Position numbers and translations under genes: made by a program. A stretch of 64,000 nt of DNA from a virus. How positions within the stretch are numbered: position 1 is the stretch's first letter; each line of letters begins with the position of its first letter. This document shows, piece after piece, positions 1 to 9,092 of the stretch. Where the stretch lies: IMG/VR virus record IMGVR_UViG_3300016667_000666, positions 1 to 64,000 of that record. The stretch is one strand, 5' to 3'. Below the pieces are notes generated by a model. The model saw only the letters and a list, made by a program, of their open reading frames with translations, had not been told where the DNA came from and searched no databases.

Positions 1-1370
1 CAGTCATCAACGAAGCCGCTTCTGTGCGTTCGGGTCGTCTTTCTACGGAAGACGCGATGGACATCATGAATCTTATTGGTCAAGCCGTTGTGGTTGGGGG
101 CGTTCGGCGATCAAGCGAAATCACCCTGTTTGCCGCTGACGACACCCGCGTCTTGGAGGCCAAAACTGGCTTGTGGACAGACCCCGCGAAAGCAAACAAA
201 CGGTACCGCTCCATGTCGAATAACTCAGTATTCTTTACTGAGAAGCCAACGAAGGCGCAGTTGCAGGACATTTTTAAGCGCATCATGGATAACGGAGAGC
301 CCGGCTTTATCAACGCGGAAGCGTCAGCAAAACGCCGTAAGTGGTATGCGGGTACTAATCCGTGTGCAGAGATTTTGCTGGCAAACAACGGAGTGTGTAA
401 TTTGTCCGAAGTAAACATGGCTGCGTTTGTAGACAGTGACAACGTATTAGACATCACGGGGCTGTTCGACGCAGTTCGACTGGCTACGCGTATTGGTGTG
501 CGTATGGCGACTCTTGATTTGGAGCTGCCCCACTGGGACGTAGTACAGAAGCGCGACCGGCTCACCGGGGTATCAATCACTGGCTACGTTGAGGCTATGG
601 ATCGTCTGGATGAGTCAACCACCGAACCTTCGTTTGTTCGCGACATTCTTGGAGGCATGCGTATGACCGCCCATACCGCCGCTCATCAGTATGCGGACAC
701 GCTGCGTATTGCCGCTCCGCTGCTGGTGACCTGCGTAAAGCCGTCAGGAACGATTGCACAGCTTCCTACGGTGAGCAGCGGAGCTCACGCTTCGTTTGCT
801 CCTTATTACATTCGACGCGTTCGTATTAGTAGTACAGACCCGTTGGCCCGTGCCATGCGCATGCTGGACTTTCCCACTTATCCAGAAGCGACATACATGC
901 GTCCTGAAGAGTTTCGTGAACTGTCTAGCGCAGAGAAGGACGCGGTTATGCAGCAGGCAAAGACGTGGGTTATTGAGTTTCCAGTGGCCACCGCTGCAAA
1001 GAAAGCCGCGAGCACGGAGTCAGCAATCGACCAGTTGAATCGCTACTTTATTCTGCAGCAGCACTGGACAGATCATAACACTTCGATCACGGTAACGTTA
1101 AAGCCGGAAGAAGTGAACGCTGTTATTGACTTGTTGCTGGAGCGGTGGGATGGCTATATTGGCGTCTCGTTCCTGCCCGCGTCAACAGGCGCTTACCCAC
1201 TGATGCCTTACGAGGAAATTAACGAAAGCGAGTACTACGAGCGTGCGCAGCGAATTGAGGGAGTAGACGGCGAGCAAATTACTCGCATGTTGGCTATGTT
1301 TGAATCGGTTGGTGACGCTGATGAGGCGCTCGAGGCCGATTGCGAAGGCGGGGCCTGCCCCATTCGCTGA
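1..1370 (+). CDS. nrdJ: Class II (B12-dependent) ribonucleotide reductase, C-terminal ~455 aa; 5' end outside window
   Basis: Frame open from nt 3 to the stop at 1368-1370. Active-site loop GTNPCAEILL and C-terminal redox Cys pair CEGGACPI are typical of NrdJ-type RNR. Confidence 0.7.
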   Translation, partial: VINEAASVRSGRLSTEDAMDIMNLIGQAVVVGGVRRSSEITLFAADDTRVLEAKTGLWTDPAKANKRYRSMSNNSVFFTEKPTKAQLQDIFKRIMDNGEPGFINAEASAKRRKWYAGTNPCAEILLANNGVCNLSEVNMAAFVDSDNVLDITGLFDAVRLATRIGVRMATLDLELPHWDVVQKRDRLTGVSITGYVEAMDRLDESTTEPSFVRDILGGMRMTAHTAAHQYADTLRIAAPLLVTCVKPSGTIAQLPTVSSGAHASFAPYYIRRVRISSTDPLARAMRMLDFPTYPEATYMRPEEFRELSSAEKDAVMQQAKTWVIEFPVATAAKKAASTESAIDQLNRYFILQQHWTDHNTSITVTLKPEEVNAVIDLLLERWDGYIGVSFLPASTGAYPLMPYEEINESEYYERAQRIEGVDGEQITRMLAMFESVGDADEALEADCEGGACPIR

Positions 1371-1394
1371 CAACTAATCTTTGTAACTAGTAGA

Positions 1395-1429
1395 GGAGTA
1401 ACTTACGGGTATTGCTCGTAAGTTACTCC
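1395..1429 (+). promoter_or_regulatory. Perfect 13-bp intergenic hairpin (GGAGTAACTTACG / CGTAAGTTACTCC)
   Basis: Read directly. No U-tract follows. SD AAAGGA and ATG 1444 lie just downstream. Confidence 0.5.
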
Positions 1430-1443
1430 TAAAAGGACACTAC

Positions 1444-2082
1444 ATGACAAAAAGTCGGCGGTTTCAAGAGATTTTGGCGGACTATGCGGACAAATACGAT
1501 CTAGCCACTCTCTCCTCACCCAACGATCGAGCAAACCTAGAGATGCTGATTAACAATCAAGTGATTGTGGAAAGTATTCAGGTTAAGCTGCAAGAACTCA
1601 CTGAGGACGACCCAGTGGAAAACATCGACATTATTCAGCGACTAGGCTCTTCGCTTAAAGACATTATTGAGCGAAACCTGCAACTGGAGCGCGCCCTTGC
1701 CCTCGATCGAAAAACCCGTAATAGCAATAGCAGCGAGTCAGTTGCCGAGTACCTCGTAAACCTAAAACAGACTGCATTGGATTTTCTTGAAAAACGACTT
1801 ACTCGCGTGTACTGTCCCGACTGTAAAACGCTGGTAGCTCGTTTTTCAGTTGTGCACGATCATTCTCCGTTTTCAATGCGCGTCAAATGCAATCAGTGCG
1901 AAAAAGACGTAACGGTAGAGCGAGAAGAGCGGGATATTTTCTTTGACATCAAAGACTCAGCGTGGCGAAAAAAGTATCGCTACAAAGTGGCAAAGCCAAA
2001 GAGAGATGAATCAGGCGGCACAGAGCTGGTAGAAGACGATTTGCTGCTGTCTGACGAGGAGGACGCCGATGCTAGTACCTAA
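1444..2082 (+). CDS. Putative terminase small subunit (212 aa) with C-terminal zinc ribbon
   Basis: SD AAAGGA upstream. The 3' end overlaps the terL start by 14 nt. CPDC...CNQC motif present. Function inferred from position only. Confidence 0.45.
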   Translation: MTKSRRFQEILADYADKYDLATLSSPNDRANLEMLINNQVIVESIQVKLQELTEDDPVENIDIIQRLGSSLKDIIERNLQLERALALDRKTRNSNSSESVAEYLVNLKQTALDFLEKRLTRVYCPDCKTLVARFSVVHDHSPFSMRVKCNQCEKDVTVEREERDIFFDIKDSAWRKKYRYKVAKPKRDESGGTELVEDDLLLSDEEDADAST

Positions 2083-4666
2083 ACTAAGCGAGGCTGAGTA
2101 CGCACTTCTTGAGGTTATCGAGGATCCGATCTGGTTTAACGAGTTTCTCCGCTCCACCAACAATGGAGATATGAACAAAGGAAACTGGCCAGCTGAGGAG
2201 TTTTCGTTTCGTCCCTATCAAAAAGAGCTACTTACCGACCAGTCTCCACACATTGTAGTTACTGGCGGTCGTGCTATCGGCAAGTGTCAGCCCGCCAATG
2301 CTCGCATTTATACGACAGAGGGCTACAAGACCATTACGCAGCTATTGAAGCAATCCTCGTTTGTGACGTACGCGTATTCAGAAAGTCAAAACGCGTTTGT
2401 GCAGCGACGAGCATATCTTCGCCGCGATCGATGGAAACGCTGCTATCACATCAGCACAGCAACAAACAATCCGTTGGTCGTAACGGACATGCACCCCGTG
2501 CTCACCCCCAAAGGATATGTGCTTGCAGGCCATTTGGCTGTCGGTGATTTGATCGCAGTGGTTAACCGGCTACCAACAGCACACTGCACAAATACAACGA
2601 TGACGTGGGCCGAAGCACGCGCACTTGGCTACTTCTCGTTAACAGGAGTATATCATCTTGCGGGGGCGGGAATTAAGCCTCGATTTCGCAAAATTGAAGC
2701 CGAGATGCACTCAATCGCAGAAAGCTTGTTTTTGACGGTGAAGAAAAGCGACGACGGTGTACTTTCTTTTGAACGCATTAAAGCAGGCGGAGTGCGGCAC
2801 ACGTTGAATCAGCTTAAAATTGAGTTTGGCCTGCGCAAAGATCAAGAGCGCCGTGTGCACAGGCTGGATTGGTTAAAATCTTACGCGCTATTTAGCATCC
2901 GCGCTTTTATTGAAGCCGCATTTGCCCAACACGCACAGCTTTCGCTTGATCGTGTTAGCCTCCAAGTGGTAAACAAGCGCTACATGGAGGATTGGCGCGA
3001 GATTCTGCTGTACTTTGGGGTGGTCACCAAAGCGTACAAAATCGCTGAGCACACTGATGAAGAGCATGAGTTTGAGATTGACGACAGCGTATGGATTATC
3101 GAGACCGCTTCAAAAAGAGACGCACGTATTTTTTGGGGCCAGTTTACGCTGCCCGGCGTGTCTGTCGCAGAATCTGTAGCGGAGTACCCATCTACTGATT
3201 TGTACCGATGGGAGCCGATTACTGCTATCGAACGCCCGCCTCGGTTTAACTTAACGTACTCAGTACATGTGTATCAAGACGAGACGTACATTTCTGAAAA
3301 TGTAGTTGTGCACAATTCGGTCATTCTTGAGGATCTGTTGACGTATCAAATTGTGAACTCGGCTATTGAGTTTCCAAGAACCCCAGAGCAGCTGCTTGTC
3401 ACGCCAAACACAAACCAGCTTACTCCGCTTCTTGACCGAATTATTCTTAAGTTCACTACTTCACCGCTGTTGAAAGATTTTCTAAATAACAACGTGAATC
3501 GATCAAAAGGCACGTTGGACTTTCGTTTAGGTAGCAGGCAACATCGACTATACGCACGTATTGCGGGTAGCAAAGAGGCAAACAACCTCGTAGGTCTACA
3601 CATTCCAAAAGTATGCGGTGACGAGTTTCAGCTGTTCCCCATGACCGCCTTTAACCAACTACAGCCTACAATCAATACGTGGGAGCCTAAAGTGCAAGAG
3701 TTTTATTTCGGAGTACCCAACGGTATTCGAAATATGGCAATTTACGTACTTGACATGAAAACACCGAAGTTTAAAAAGTACCGCATTCCTGCACCGAACA
3801 ATCCTTACTTTACAAAAGCCGACTGGGATGACGCAATTCTAAAATTTGGCGGTGAGGACAGCGACACGTTCCAGCAACTGGTGCTTGGTCGTCACGGATC
3901 TCCCTCGTTTCAAGTTCTTTCGCGGGATCAAATGCGTACCGTGCCGGTAGACTTCTTTAGCTACCGTTATAGCCAGACAAGTAAAGAGTCCGGGAAGCCC
4001 TTTCGAGAGGCACTCCCTATTGTAAAGCTTCCCGATAATGAAGGTGTGATCTTCTCGATTGACACTGGATTTTCTGATCCAACAGTGCTGCAAGTCTTTA
4101 TTCGTACAAGCGGCTACTGGGTATGTGTACGGCGCTACCGCATTCAGCGAATTGACTATCCAGAACAAGAACAGATCATCGACTATCTCACTAAAGGATA
4201 TGCTCCTTCTACGATTGCGATTGACGTGGGTGCCGGTGGCGGTGGTGCGGGTATCATGCAAAGCCTGAAAACTCGCTCTGAATACGCTTCTATGAACTAT
4301 GCAAAGCGCATGTTAGCCGTGCAGTTTAACGAGAAGATTTCTCTTGGAGCAGTCGATGAAGTAGAGATTAGCGAAACGTTCAAATCATGGGGCACCAACG
4401 AGCTAATTAAGAATGTCTACAGCGGTGATCTTGTGTTTTCTGAAGTAGATGCTGAGGGCATTTCGCAGCTCGAGCGCTTGGCCCGGCAACGCAGAGCAAG
4501 CGGCAGCATGCACTACTTCATTGTGTCTCCACGCGGATTCGGAGAAAGTCCTGACGATCACATTTATGCCAGCTACTTGTGTTTCATCGCCGCTCTCCGA
4601 GAACCTAAGCAGACGAAAACAGCCCAAACTTTAGCCCGGGCTACTGGGCAATTCACGTCGAGGTAA
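2069..4666 (+). CDS. terL: Terminase large subunit, interrupted by an intein in the Walker A loop
   Basis: SD GGAGG upstream. N-extein ends VVTGGRAIGK and C-extein starts SVILEDLL, giving P-loop GGRAIGKS. Walker B-like VCGDEF follows. Size and position next to portal fit. Confidence 0.88.
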   Translation: MLVPKLSEAEYALLEVIEDPIWFNEFLRSTNNGDMNKGNWPAEEFSFRPYQKELLTDQSPHIVVTGGRAIGKCQPANARIYTTEGYKTITQLLKQSSFVTYAYSESQNAFVQRRAYLRRDRWKRCYHISTATNNPLVVTDMHPVLTPKGYVLAGHLAVGDLIAVVNRLPTAHCTNTTMTWAEARALGYFSLTGVYHLAGAGIKPRFRKIEAEMHSIAESLFLTVKKSDDGVLSFERIKAGGVRHTLNQLKIEFGLRKDQERRVHRLDWLKSYALFSIRAFIEAAFAQHAQLSLDRVSLQVVNKRYMEDWREILLYFGVVTKAYKIAEHTDEEHEFEIDDSVWIIETASKRDARIFWGQFTLPGVSVAESVAEYPSTDLYRWEPITAIERPPRFNLTYSVHVYQDETYISENVVVHNSVILEDLLTYQIVNSAIEFPRTPEQLLVTPNTNQLTPLLDRIILKFTTSPLLKDFLNNNVNRSKGTLDFRLGSRQHRLYARIAGSKEANNLVGLHIPKVCGDEFQLFPMTAFNQLQPTINTWEPKVQEFYFGVPNGIRNMAIYVLDMKTPKFKKYRIPAPNNPYFTKADWDDAILKFGGEDSDTFQQLVLGRHGSPSFQVLSRDQMRTVPVDFFSYRYSQTSKESGKPFREALPIVKLPDNEGVIFSIDTGFSDPTVLQVFIRTSGYWVCVRRYRIQRIDYPEQEQIIDYLTKGYAPSTIAIDVGAGGGGAGIMQSLKTRSEYASMNYAKRMLAVQFNEKISLGAVDEVEISETFKSWGTNELIKNVYSGDLVFSEVDAEGISQLERLARQRRASGSMHYFIVSPRGFGESPDDHIYASYLCFIAALREPKQTKTAQTLARATGQFTSR
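2285..3316 (+). mobile_element. Intein (344 aa) inserted between K and S of the TerL P-loop
   Basis: Starts with Cys (tgt 2285-2287; CQPANARIYTTEGYKTI, block A). TDMHPVLT fits block B. Ends ...YISENVVVHN followed by Ser +1 (cac aat tcg at 3311-3319). In frame, 1032 nt. Confidence 0.85.
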
Positions 4667-4668
4667 CT

Positions 4669-6084
4669 ATGACTCTATCTAAAACTGTGGCTGGGTTCAG
4701 TCCGAATCCAGTATACACATACAATCTAAACGTTGTAGGCTACTATGATCCTACACAAGCTCCGTTCGATAATACAAAGCGGTACACGTACCATGAGCTC
4801 ATCCGGTACTGTCGTTACTTTTTTGAAACTGACACTATTGCGCGCACGGTTATTAACCGTATGGTCGACATGTCCATTACTGAGTTGCAAAACGAGTTTT
4901 TGTCTGAGATGGATCAAAGTGTTCAGTTATACTACACAGCAGTTGCAAAGAAGCTACAACCATACTTAGAGATGGTTGCGCTGGAGTACCTTGTAAACGG
5001 ACTGGCTGTGCCTGAAGTGGTGTACACCACGACCATGCTCAACCGTCTTGATCGCTCTTTAGGGCGCAAGCGCGTGGAAATTCCATCGTCTGTGTGGGTG
5101 CGTAACCCAAGTAATCTCCGGCTGAAGCGACGCCCCGCAGGGATGGAGCGGGCCGTGTACTTGGAGATTCCTCCTGAAGATGTAACATTTATCGAGCAAA
5201 AAGGCAAGCGGCCTGATGGTACTGACGACGTAGAGGCGTACAAAGAGCTGGTACGCATGTACCCAGACTACGTAAAGGCAGTGCTCAAAGGGCAGCGCGT
5301 GTTTTTGCTACCAACCGCTTTTCCTATTTACGGTGATTTGCTTAGCCACGCGGACTATCCCATCCCGTTTCTTAAAAACGCGCTTAAAGCAATGCAGCAC
5401 AAAGAATACTTGAAGCTGATGGATCAAACGATTGTCGCCCGGTCGATTGAGCTTGTTCGCCAAGTAAAGGTAGGATCAGACACGTTTCCTGCAACTGATG
5501 ATGACCTTGCTACGACAAAAATGGCACTTGCTGAGGCAGCCGCAAGTGGAGACCGTGTGTTTAACCTGTTTACCAACCATACAGTCGACATCCGCTGGAT
5601 TCTACCCCCACTTGATGCGTTGCTGAGTGACGTAAAGTACGTAGAACCCAACGCAGAAATCTTTCTTGCACTTGGATTTCCGCGAGTACTGACCGTGGGC
5701 GAGTCACTGCGAAGTAACTCATCCGATAGCCGCATTGCTTCGCTCGGCCCACTATCGCGACTAAACCGCATGCGAGAAAAAATCATTCGCTGGGTAGAGC
5801 ATGTGTATCAAGACCTCGCAGAGCGCAACGGGTTTGCAGACTGGCCCAAGCCAGTGTTTAGTCCTATTCAATTCCAAGACATGACCGCGTTAACCCAGTT
5901 CGCTATTCAGGCACAGCAAGTCGGTGCCATTAGTAAGGACGTAATCGCGCAGATGTACGGCACCACTTATCAAAAAGAATTAGAGAAAATCCAACAGGAG
6001 TCTGCGAATGATCAGCAAGAATCCCCAGCACCAGAAGAACCTAGTGCTGAAACCGAATCAGGGGTACCACCTTCGTCCGAGTAA
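4669..6084 (+). CDS. Portal protein (471 aa)
   Basis: Starts 3 nt after the terL stop, with SD GAGG. Size and acidic C-terminus fit a portal. No motif-level proof. Confidence 0.65.
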   Translation: MTLSKTVAGFSPNPVYTYNLNVVGYYDPTQAPFDNTKRYTYHELIRYCRYFFETDTIARTVINRMVDMSITELQNEFLSEMDQSVQLYYTAVAKKLQPYLEMVALEYLVNGLAVPEVVYTTTMLNRLDRSLGRKRVEIPSSVWVRNPSNLRLKRRPAGMERAVYLEIPPEDVTFIEQKGKRPDGTDDVEAYKELVRMYPDYVKAVLKGQRVFLLPTAFPIYGDLLSHADYPIPFLKNALKAMQHKEYLKLMDQTIVARSIELVRQVKVGSDTFPATDDDLATTKMALAEAAASGDRVFNLFTNHTVDIRWILPPLDALLSDVKYVEPNAEIFLALGFPRVLTVGESLRSNSSDSRIASLGPLSRLNRMREKIIRWVEHVYQDLAERNGFADWPKPVFSPIQFQDMTALTQFAIQAQQVGAISKDVIAQMYGTTYQKELEKIQQESANDQQESPAPEEPSAETESGVPPSSE

Positions 6085-6715
6085 CGTTCCCTACAAATCG
6101 TTTATTGTCCACACTACAAACGGAGCTCAGAACTCTAAAACAGAGAACGAGCTTCGTTTTTTGGTAACTTCTCCAGTCGTAAGTGCTCACTACCTTGTGG
6201 GCAAAAAAGGAGAGATTTACCAAGTCCTTGATCCAGAAAAATACATCGCATGGCACGCAGGAGCTGTCGCTACCGCTGATCATTCTAACACGGCAAGCAT
6301 CGGCGTGGAGGTGCACTTTACCCCAGCAGAAATCGACTGGACTGCAGATATGTGGGTTGGCTTGACCAGACTTGCTCGCCTGTACAGTCATCTCAACATT
6401 CTTACGCATCGCGAAATTGCGGTTCCCAAAGGACGAAAAATTGACCCCTCTGGAGTGACTGACGCTCAATTCGTTTCGTGGAAAACAAGCTTGCAGAAAT
6501 CGTACAAAGTAGCAAAAACGCTAAACAACCTAAACGTGCGGAAAGCGCCTGTTTTTGAAAACAACATTATCCGCACGTATCCAATGAACCGCTTTGTGGT
6601 AGTAGACAGCGTGCCAGTAGAAGGGGCAGTTTACAATAACAGCAACCTATGGTATTATTGTAACTGGCTAGGGTATGTGCATTCCTCCCTTTTAGAGCTG
6701 GGAGGTGACGTATGA
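6008..6715 (+). CDS. Endolysin: N-acetylmuramoyl-L-alanine amidase (Amidase_2/PGRP-like) with C-terminal SH3b-like wall-binding domain
   Basis: SD AGGAG lies 7 nt before ATG 6008. HTTNG...YHY-like/AWHAG and HREI motifs present. C-terminal LNVRKAPVFENNIIRTYP is SH3b-like. Overlaps the portal 3' end by 77 nt in another frame. Confidence 0.8.
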   Translation: MISKNPQHQKNLVLKPNQGYHLRPSNVPYKSFIVHTTNGAQNSKTENELRFLVTSPVVSAHYLVGKKGEIYQVLDPEKYIAWHAGAVATADHSNTASIGVEVHFTPAEIDWTADMWVGLTRLARLYSHLNILTHREIAVPKGRKIDPSGVTDAQFVSWKTSLQKSYKVAKTLNNLNVRKAPVFENNIIRTYPMNRFVVVDSVPVEGAVYNNSNLWYYCNWLGYVHSSLLELGGDV

Positions 6716-7044
6716 GCACTGAGTCAATGTACGCCGCCGTTTCGGCCATTGTTAGCTTTCTGATCGCATGGATTGGATTTAAAAAAAGCTCACAAGACGC
6801 AGACGAGCGGTTTCAAAACAACTTGCTTGCACGCATCGAAACGCTCGAAGAGGACAACCAATCGCTCCGCCAAAAAAACGAGGATTTGCTTCGTGTAAAC
6901 CTTGAAGAGCGACAACGGCAGATTGAGCTAGAGCGAAAAATTGGGATTATGGAAGACGAAAAGCTACGTATGCTCGACCGAATCCAAGATCTAGAGCGAG
7001 TCGTCGACGACCTAAAAGCCAAACTAAACAAGATGGAGGCGTAA
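6712..7044 (+). CDS. Lysis-cassette membrane protein: N-terminal TM segment plus long coiled coil (110 aa)
   Basis: ATGA overlap with the amidase stop, SD GGAGG. Hydrophobic AVSAIVSFLIAWIGF is followed by heptad-rich E/L/R sequence. Confidence 0.7.
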   Translation: MSTESMYAAVSAIVSFLIAWIGFKKSSQDADERFQNNLLARIETLEEDNQSLRQKNEDLLRVNLEERQRQIELERKIGIMEDEKLRMLDRIQDLERVVDDLKAKLNKMEA

Positions 7045-7503
7045 ATGACGCTAGAGCAAGCACAGCAGCTGTTTGATCTTTTAATCGGCGCGGTTATTCC
7101 CATTCTGGTCAGCCGCATTAAAGTGGTCGAATGGCCTAGTGAATGGAAGTTCGGTATTGTATTCTTTATGTCGTTGATGGCGTCCTCAGTAGTGCCCCTT
7201 GCTACATTGAGTAACAATGGGTTTGACTGGGATCGCATGCTCGACTCGTTGGTCTTGATTTTTACAACGACGCAGGTAGTCTATCATAGCGCTTTTAAGC
7301 TGCTATCTGCCGAGGAGCAGCTAAATCCTCGCACGGCGTTGCTTCGCCTGATCAAGCAGCAGGTGTCGTACTACGTAGCTAACTTGGACGAGAAAGCAGT
7401 TAAAGAAATTCTCGACCCAGAAAGCAGCCGTGGCATTGGCGTAGTTGTTGAAGAAATTGCAAATATCGACGAAGAAGTCGAGGACGAAGAGCAAGAAAAG
7501 TAG
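7045..7503 (+). CDS. Holin-like multi-TM protein (152 aa) with acidic C-terminus
   Basis: SD GGAGG upstream, TAAATG junction. Three hydrophobic segments. Position within the lysis cassette. Confidence 0.65.
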   Translation: MTLEQAQQLFDLLIGAVIPILVSRIKVVEWPSEWKFGIVFFMSLMASSVVPLATLSNNGFDWDRMLDSLVLIFTTTQVVYHSAFKLLSAEEQLNPRTALLRLIKQQVSYYVANLDEKAVKEILDPESSRGIGVVVEEIANIDEEVEDEEQEK

Positions 7504-7509
7504 CTCAAA

Positions 7510-7544
7510 ACACCCCTATAAGCAAAAACTTATAGGGGTGTTTT
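7510..7544 (+). terminator. Rho-independent terminator
   Basis: 13-bp stem ACACCCCTATAAG / CTTATAGGGGTGT, 6-nt loop, then TTTT. Confidence 0.8.
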
Positions 7545-7545
7545 A

Positions 7546-7554
7546 TGCTATACT
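7546..7554 (+). promoter_or_regulatory. Extended -10 promoter (TGcTATACT) placing +1 on the A of ATG 7561
   Basis: TG at 7546-7547, TATACT at 7549-7554. No good -35. Predicted +1 = 7561. Confidence 0.4.
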
Positions 7555-7560
7555 GCACGT

Positions 7561-7968
7561 ATGATCCGACTTGAAGAGCTCGTGATCGTTGTAATCGCTG
7601 CGACTGCAGGGGCGCTGCTGTACACCGTGGTACACTGGCAATTACACAAACTACTCGTAAAGTGGGCAACACACCCAAAACTGCTTGTTGGGTACCTGCA
7701 GGTTTCCCGCATCATACCAAGGAGGTCACTGGTGGCTGGAGCAAACAGAAGGCCGGAAACTGACTTTGTGACAACTATCCTACGGCAGGAAAATGCTGCG
7801 GGCGTGTACATCGAACTTGTACACGACTCTCGTTGCAATCCGCCGTACCTGCTATACGCAGGAAAACCAAAGAAGCAACGACTTTTGCTCTTTTGGCATC
7901 GTGACGAAGCTGTTGCTCGGCAACAGCACGCAGACACCGTAACTGAATGGGGGCTTACTAATGATTGA
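7561..7968 (+). CDS. Hypothetical protein (135 aa), N-terminal TM segment; possibly leaderless
   Basis: ATG sits exactly 7 nt after the -10. The 3' end overlaps the next start (ATGATTGA). An antisense ORF of similar length exists, so coding is not certain. Confidence 0.45.
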   Translation: MIRLEELVIVVIAATAGALLYTVVHWQLHKLLVKWATHPKLLVGYLQVSRIIPRRSLVAGANRRPETDFVTTILRQENAAGVYIELVHDSRCNPPYLLYAGKPKKQRLLLFWHRDEAVARQQHADTVTEWGLTND

Positions 7969-8656
7969 ATACGCAGTACCGACGCTAAACCAACTTGAGT
8001 GGCTGTTTACGCGTCACCTACGTTCGATGAAGTTTAACCTTTTTTCTCGCGTATCCATCATTGTGAATGAGATTGACGCAGAAAAGAACGTGCTTTGCGC
8101 CGCGATTGGCCAGAAGTATCCGGTCGTTATTACGAAGGTAGATCACAACGCCGGAGTCTCCAAGTCGTGGAATCACTTTATGGCGGACGCGCTGCAGCGA
8201 GGGGCTCGCTCGATTGTGATCGCAAACGATGACATTGAGTACACTGACCCAACTGCGTTGCCTCGCCTGTGCGAAGCATTGGAAGAGCATCCATTTGCCT
8301 ATATCAACGCAACTCACGAAAACGCATTTAGCTGCTTTGGGATGCAGCTTTCTCTAGCTCGCTACGTAGGGTTTTTTGACGAACAGTTCAGCCCGGCGTA
8401 TTTTGAGGATAATGACTATGCGTACCGGCTGAAGCTTGCGGGTATCCCAATGCACCCGGTGGAGGGACAGTACTTTCACTGCGGTAGTGCGACGCTTGGT
8501 CGTTTTGACTGGACGCGCAAGCAGATGCACCATCACAACTTCCGTAAAAATGCGGAATACTATGTAAGAAAATGGGGAGGTATGCCGGGTGACGAACGCT
8601 ACACCGTTCCGTTCCAGAACGGAGAAGACTATGATCACGCTGATCATCGACCCTAG
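7961..8656 (+). CDS. Family 2 glycosyltransferase (231 aa)
   Basis: IVIANDDIEY (DxD-like) and FEDNDYAYRL motifs typical of the GT-A/GT2 fold. Confidence 0.7.
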   Translation: MIEYAVPTLNQLEWLFTRHLRSMKFNLFSRVSIIVNEIDAEKNVLCAAIGQKYPVVITKVDHNAGVSKSWNHFMADALQRGARSIVIANDDIEYTDPTALPRLCEALEEHPFAYINATHENAFSCFGMQLSLARYVGFFDEQFSPAYFEDNDYAYRLKLAGIPMHPVEGQYFHCGSATLGRFDWTRKQMHHHNFRKNAEYYVRKWGGMPGDERYTVPFQNGEDYDHADHRP

Positions 8657-8855
8657 TACCTACAGTCACGCGGAACTCACTGCGTTGCTACGCTCTTTGG
8701 AACACACGTCCAAGAGCGTAGCATTTTCTGCGCTTACTGGCAATCAGCTTGTGTGGCAGATTATTGTAGAGTCGTTTGATCCAGTGTTTTGGCAAAAATT
8801 GGCGGAAGCGAACAACTTTCAGCTGTACACTCATTCAGTAACGCAGCATTGGTAG
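8631..8855 (+). CDS. Hypothetical protein (74 aa)
   Basis: SD GGAGA lies 6 nt before ATG 8631. I trimmed the ORF-track start at 8589. Confidence 0.5.
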   Translation: MITLIIDPSTYSHAELTALLRSLEHTSKSVAFSALTGNQLVWQIIVESFDPVFWQKLAEANNFQLYTHSVTQHW

Positions 8856-8884
8856 TTGCATCCGTTGCAGACTTGTGCTATTCT
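8856..8884 (+). promoter_or_regulatory. sigma70/sigmaA-type promoter TTGCAT-N17-(TGc)TATTCT
   Basis: -35 at 8856-8861, extended -10 TG at 8876-8877, -10 at 8879-8884. Predicted +1 near 8891. Confidence 0.6.
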
Positions 8885-8915
8885 CTAGATGGGTACTTTT
8901 AGAACGGAGGACACC

Positions 8916-9092
8916 GTGGACTACAACAACATGTTTGGAGTGACGTATCGTATTCGTCGTAACAAGAACATCTGGGAAGTTTGGCGGTTTACGTGGTTGA
9001 ATGCACGCCGAGTTGCTTGGGCACTGACTGAGCGCGACGCGCAGGCAATCTTGAATCGTCTGGCCCAGAATGACCAAGGAGCTGAAGCATGA
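8916..9092 (+). CDS. Hypothetical protein (58 aa)
   Basis: SD GGAGG lies 5 nt before GTG 8916. ATG 8889 lacks an SD and lies upstream of the predicted +1. Confidence 0.45.
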   Translation: MDYNNMFGVTYRIRRNKNIWEVWRFTWLNARRVAWALTERDAQAILNRLAQNDQGAEA

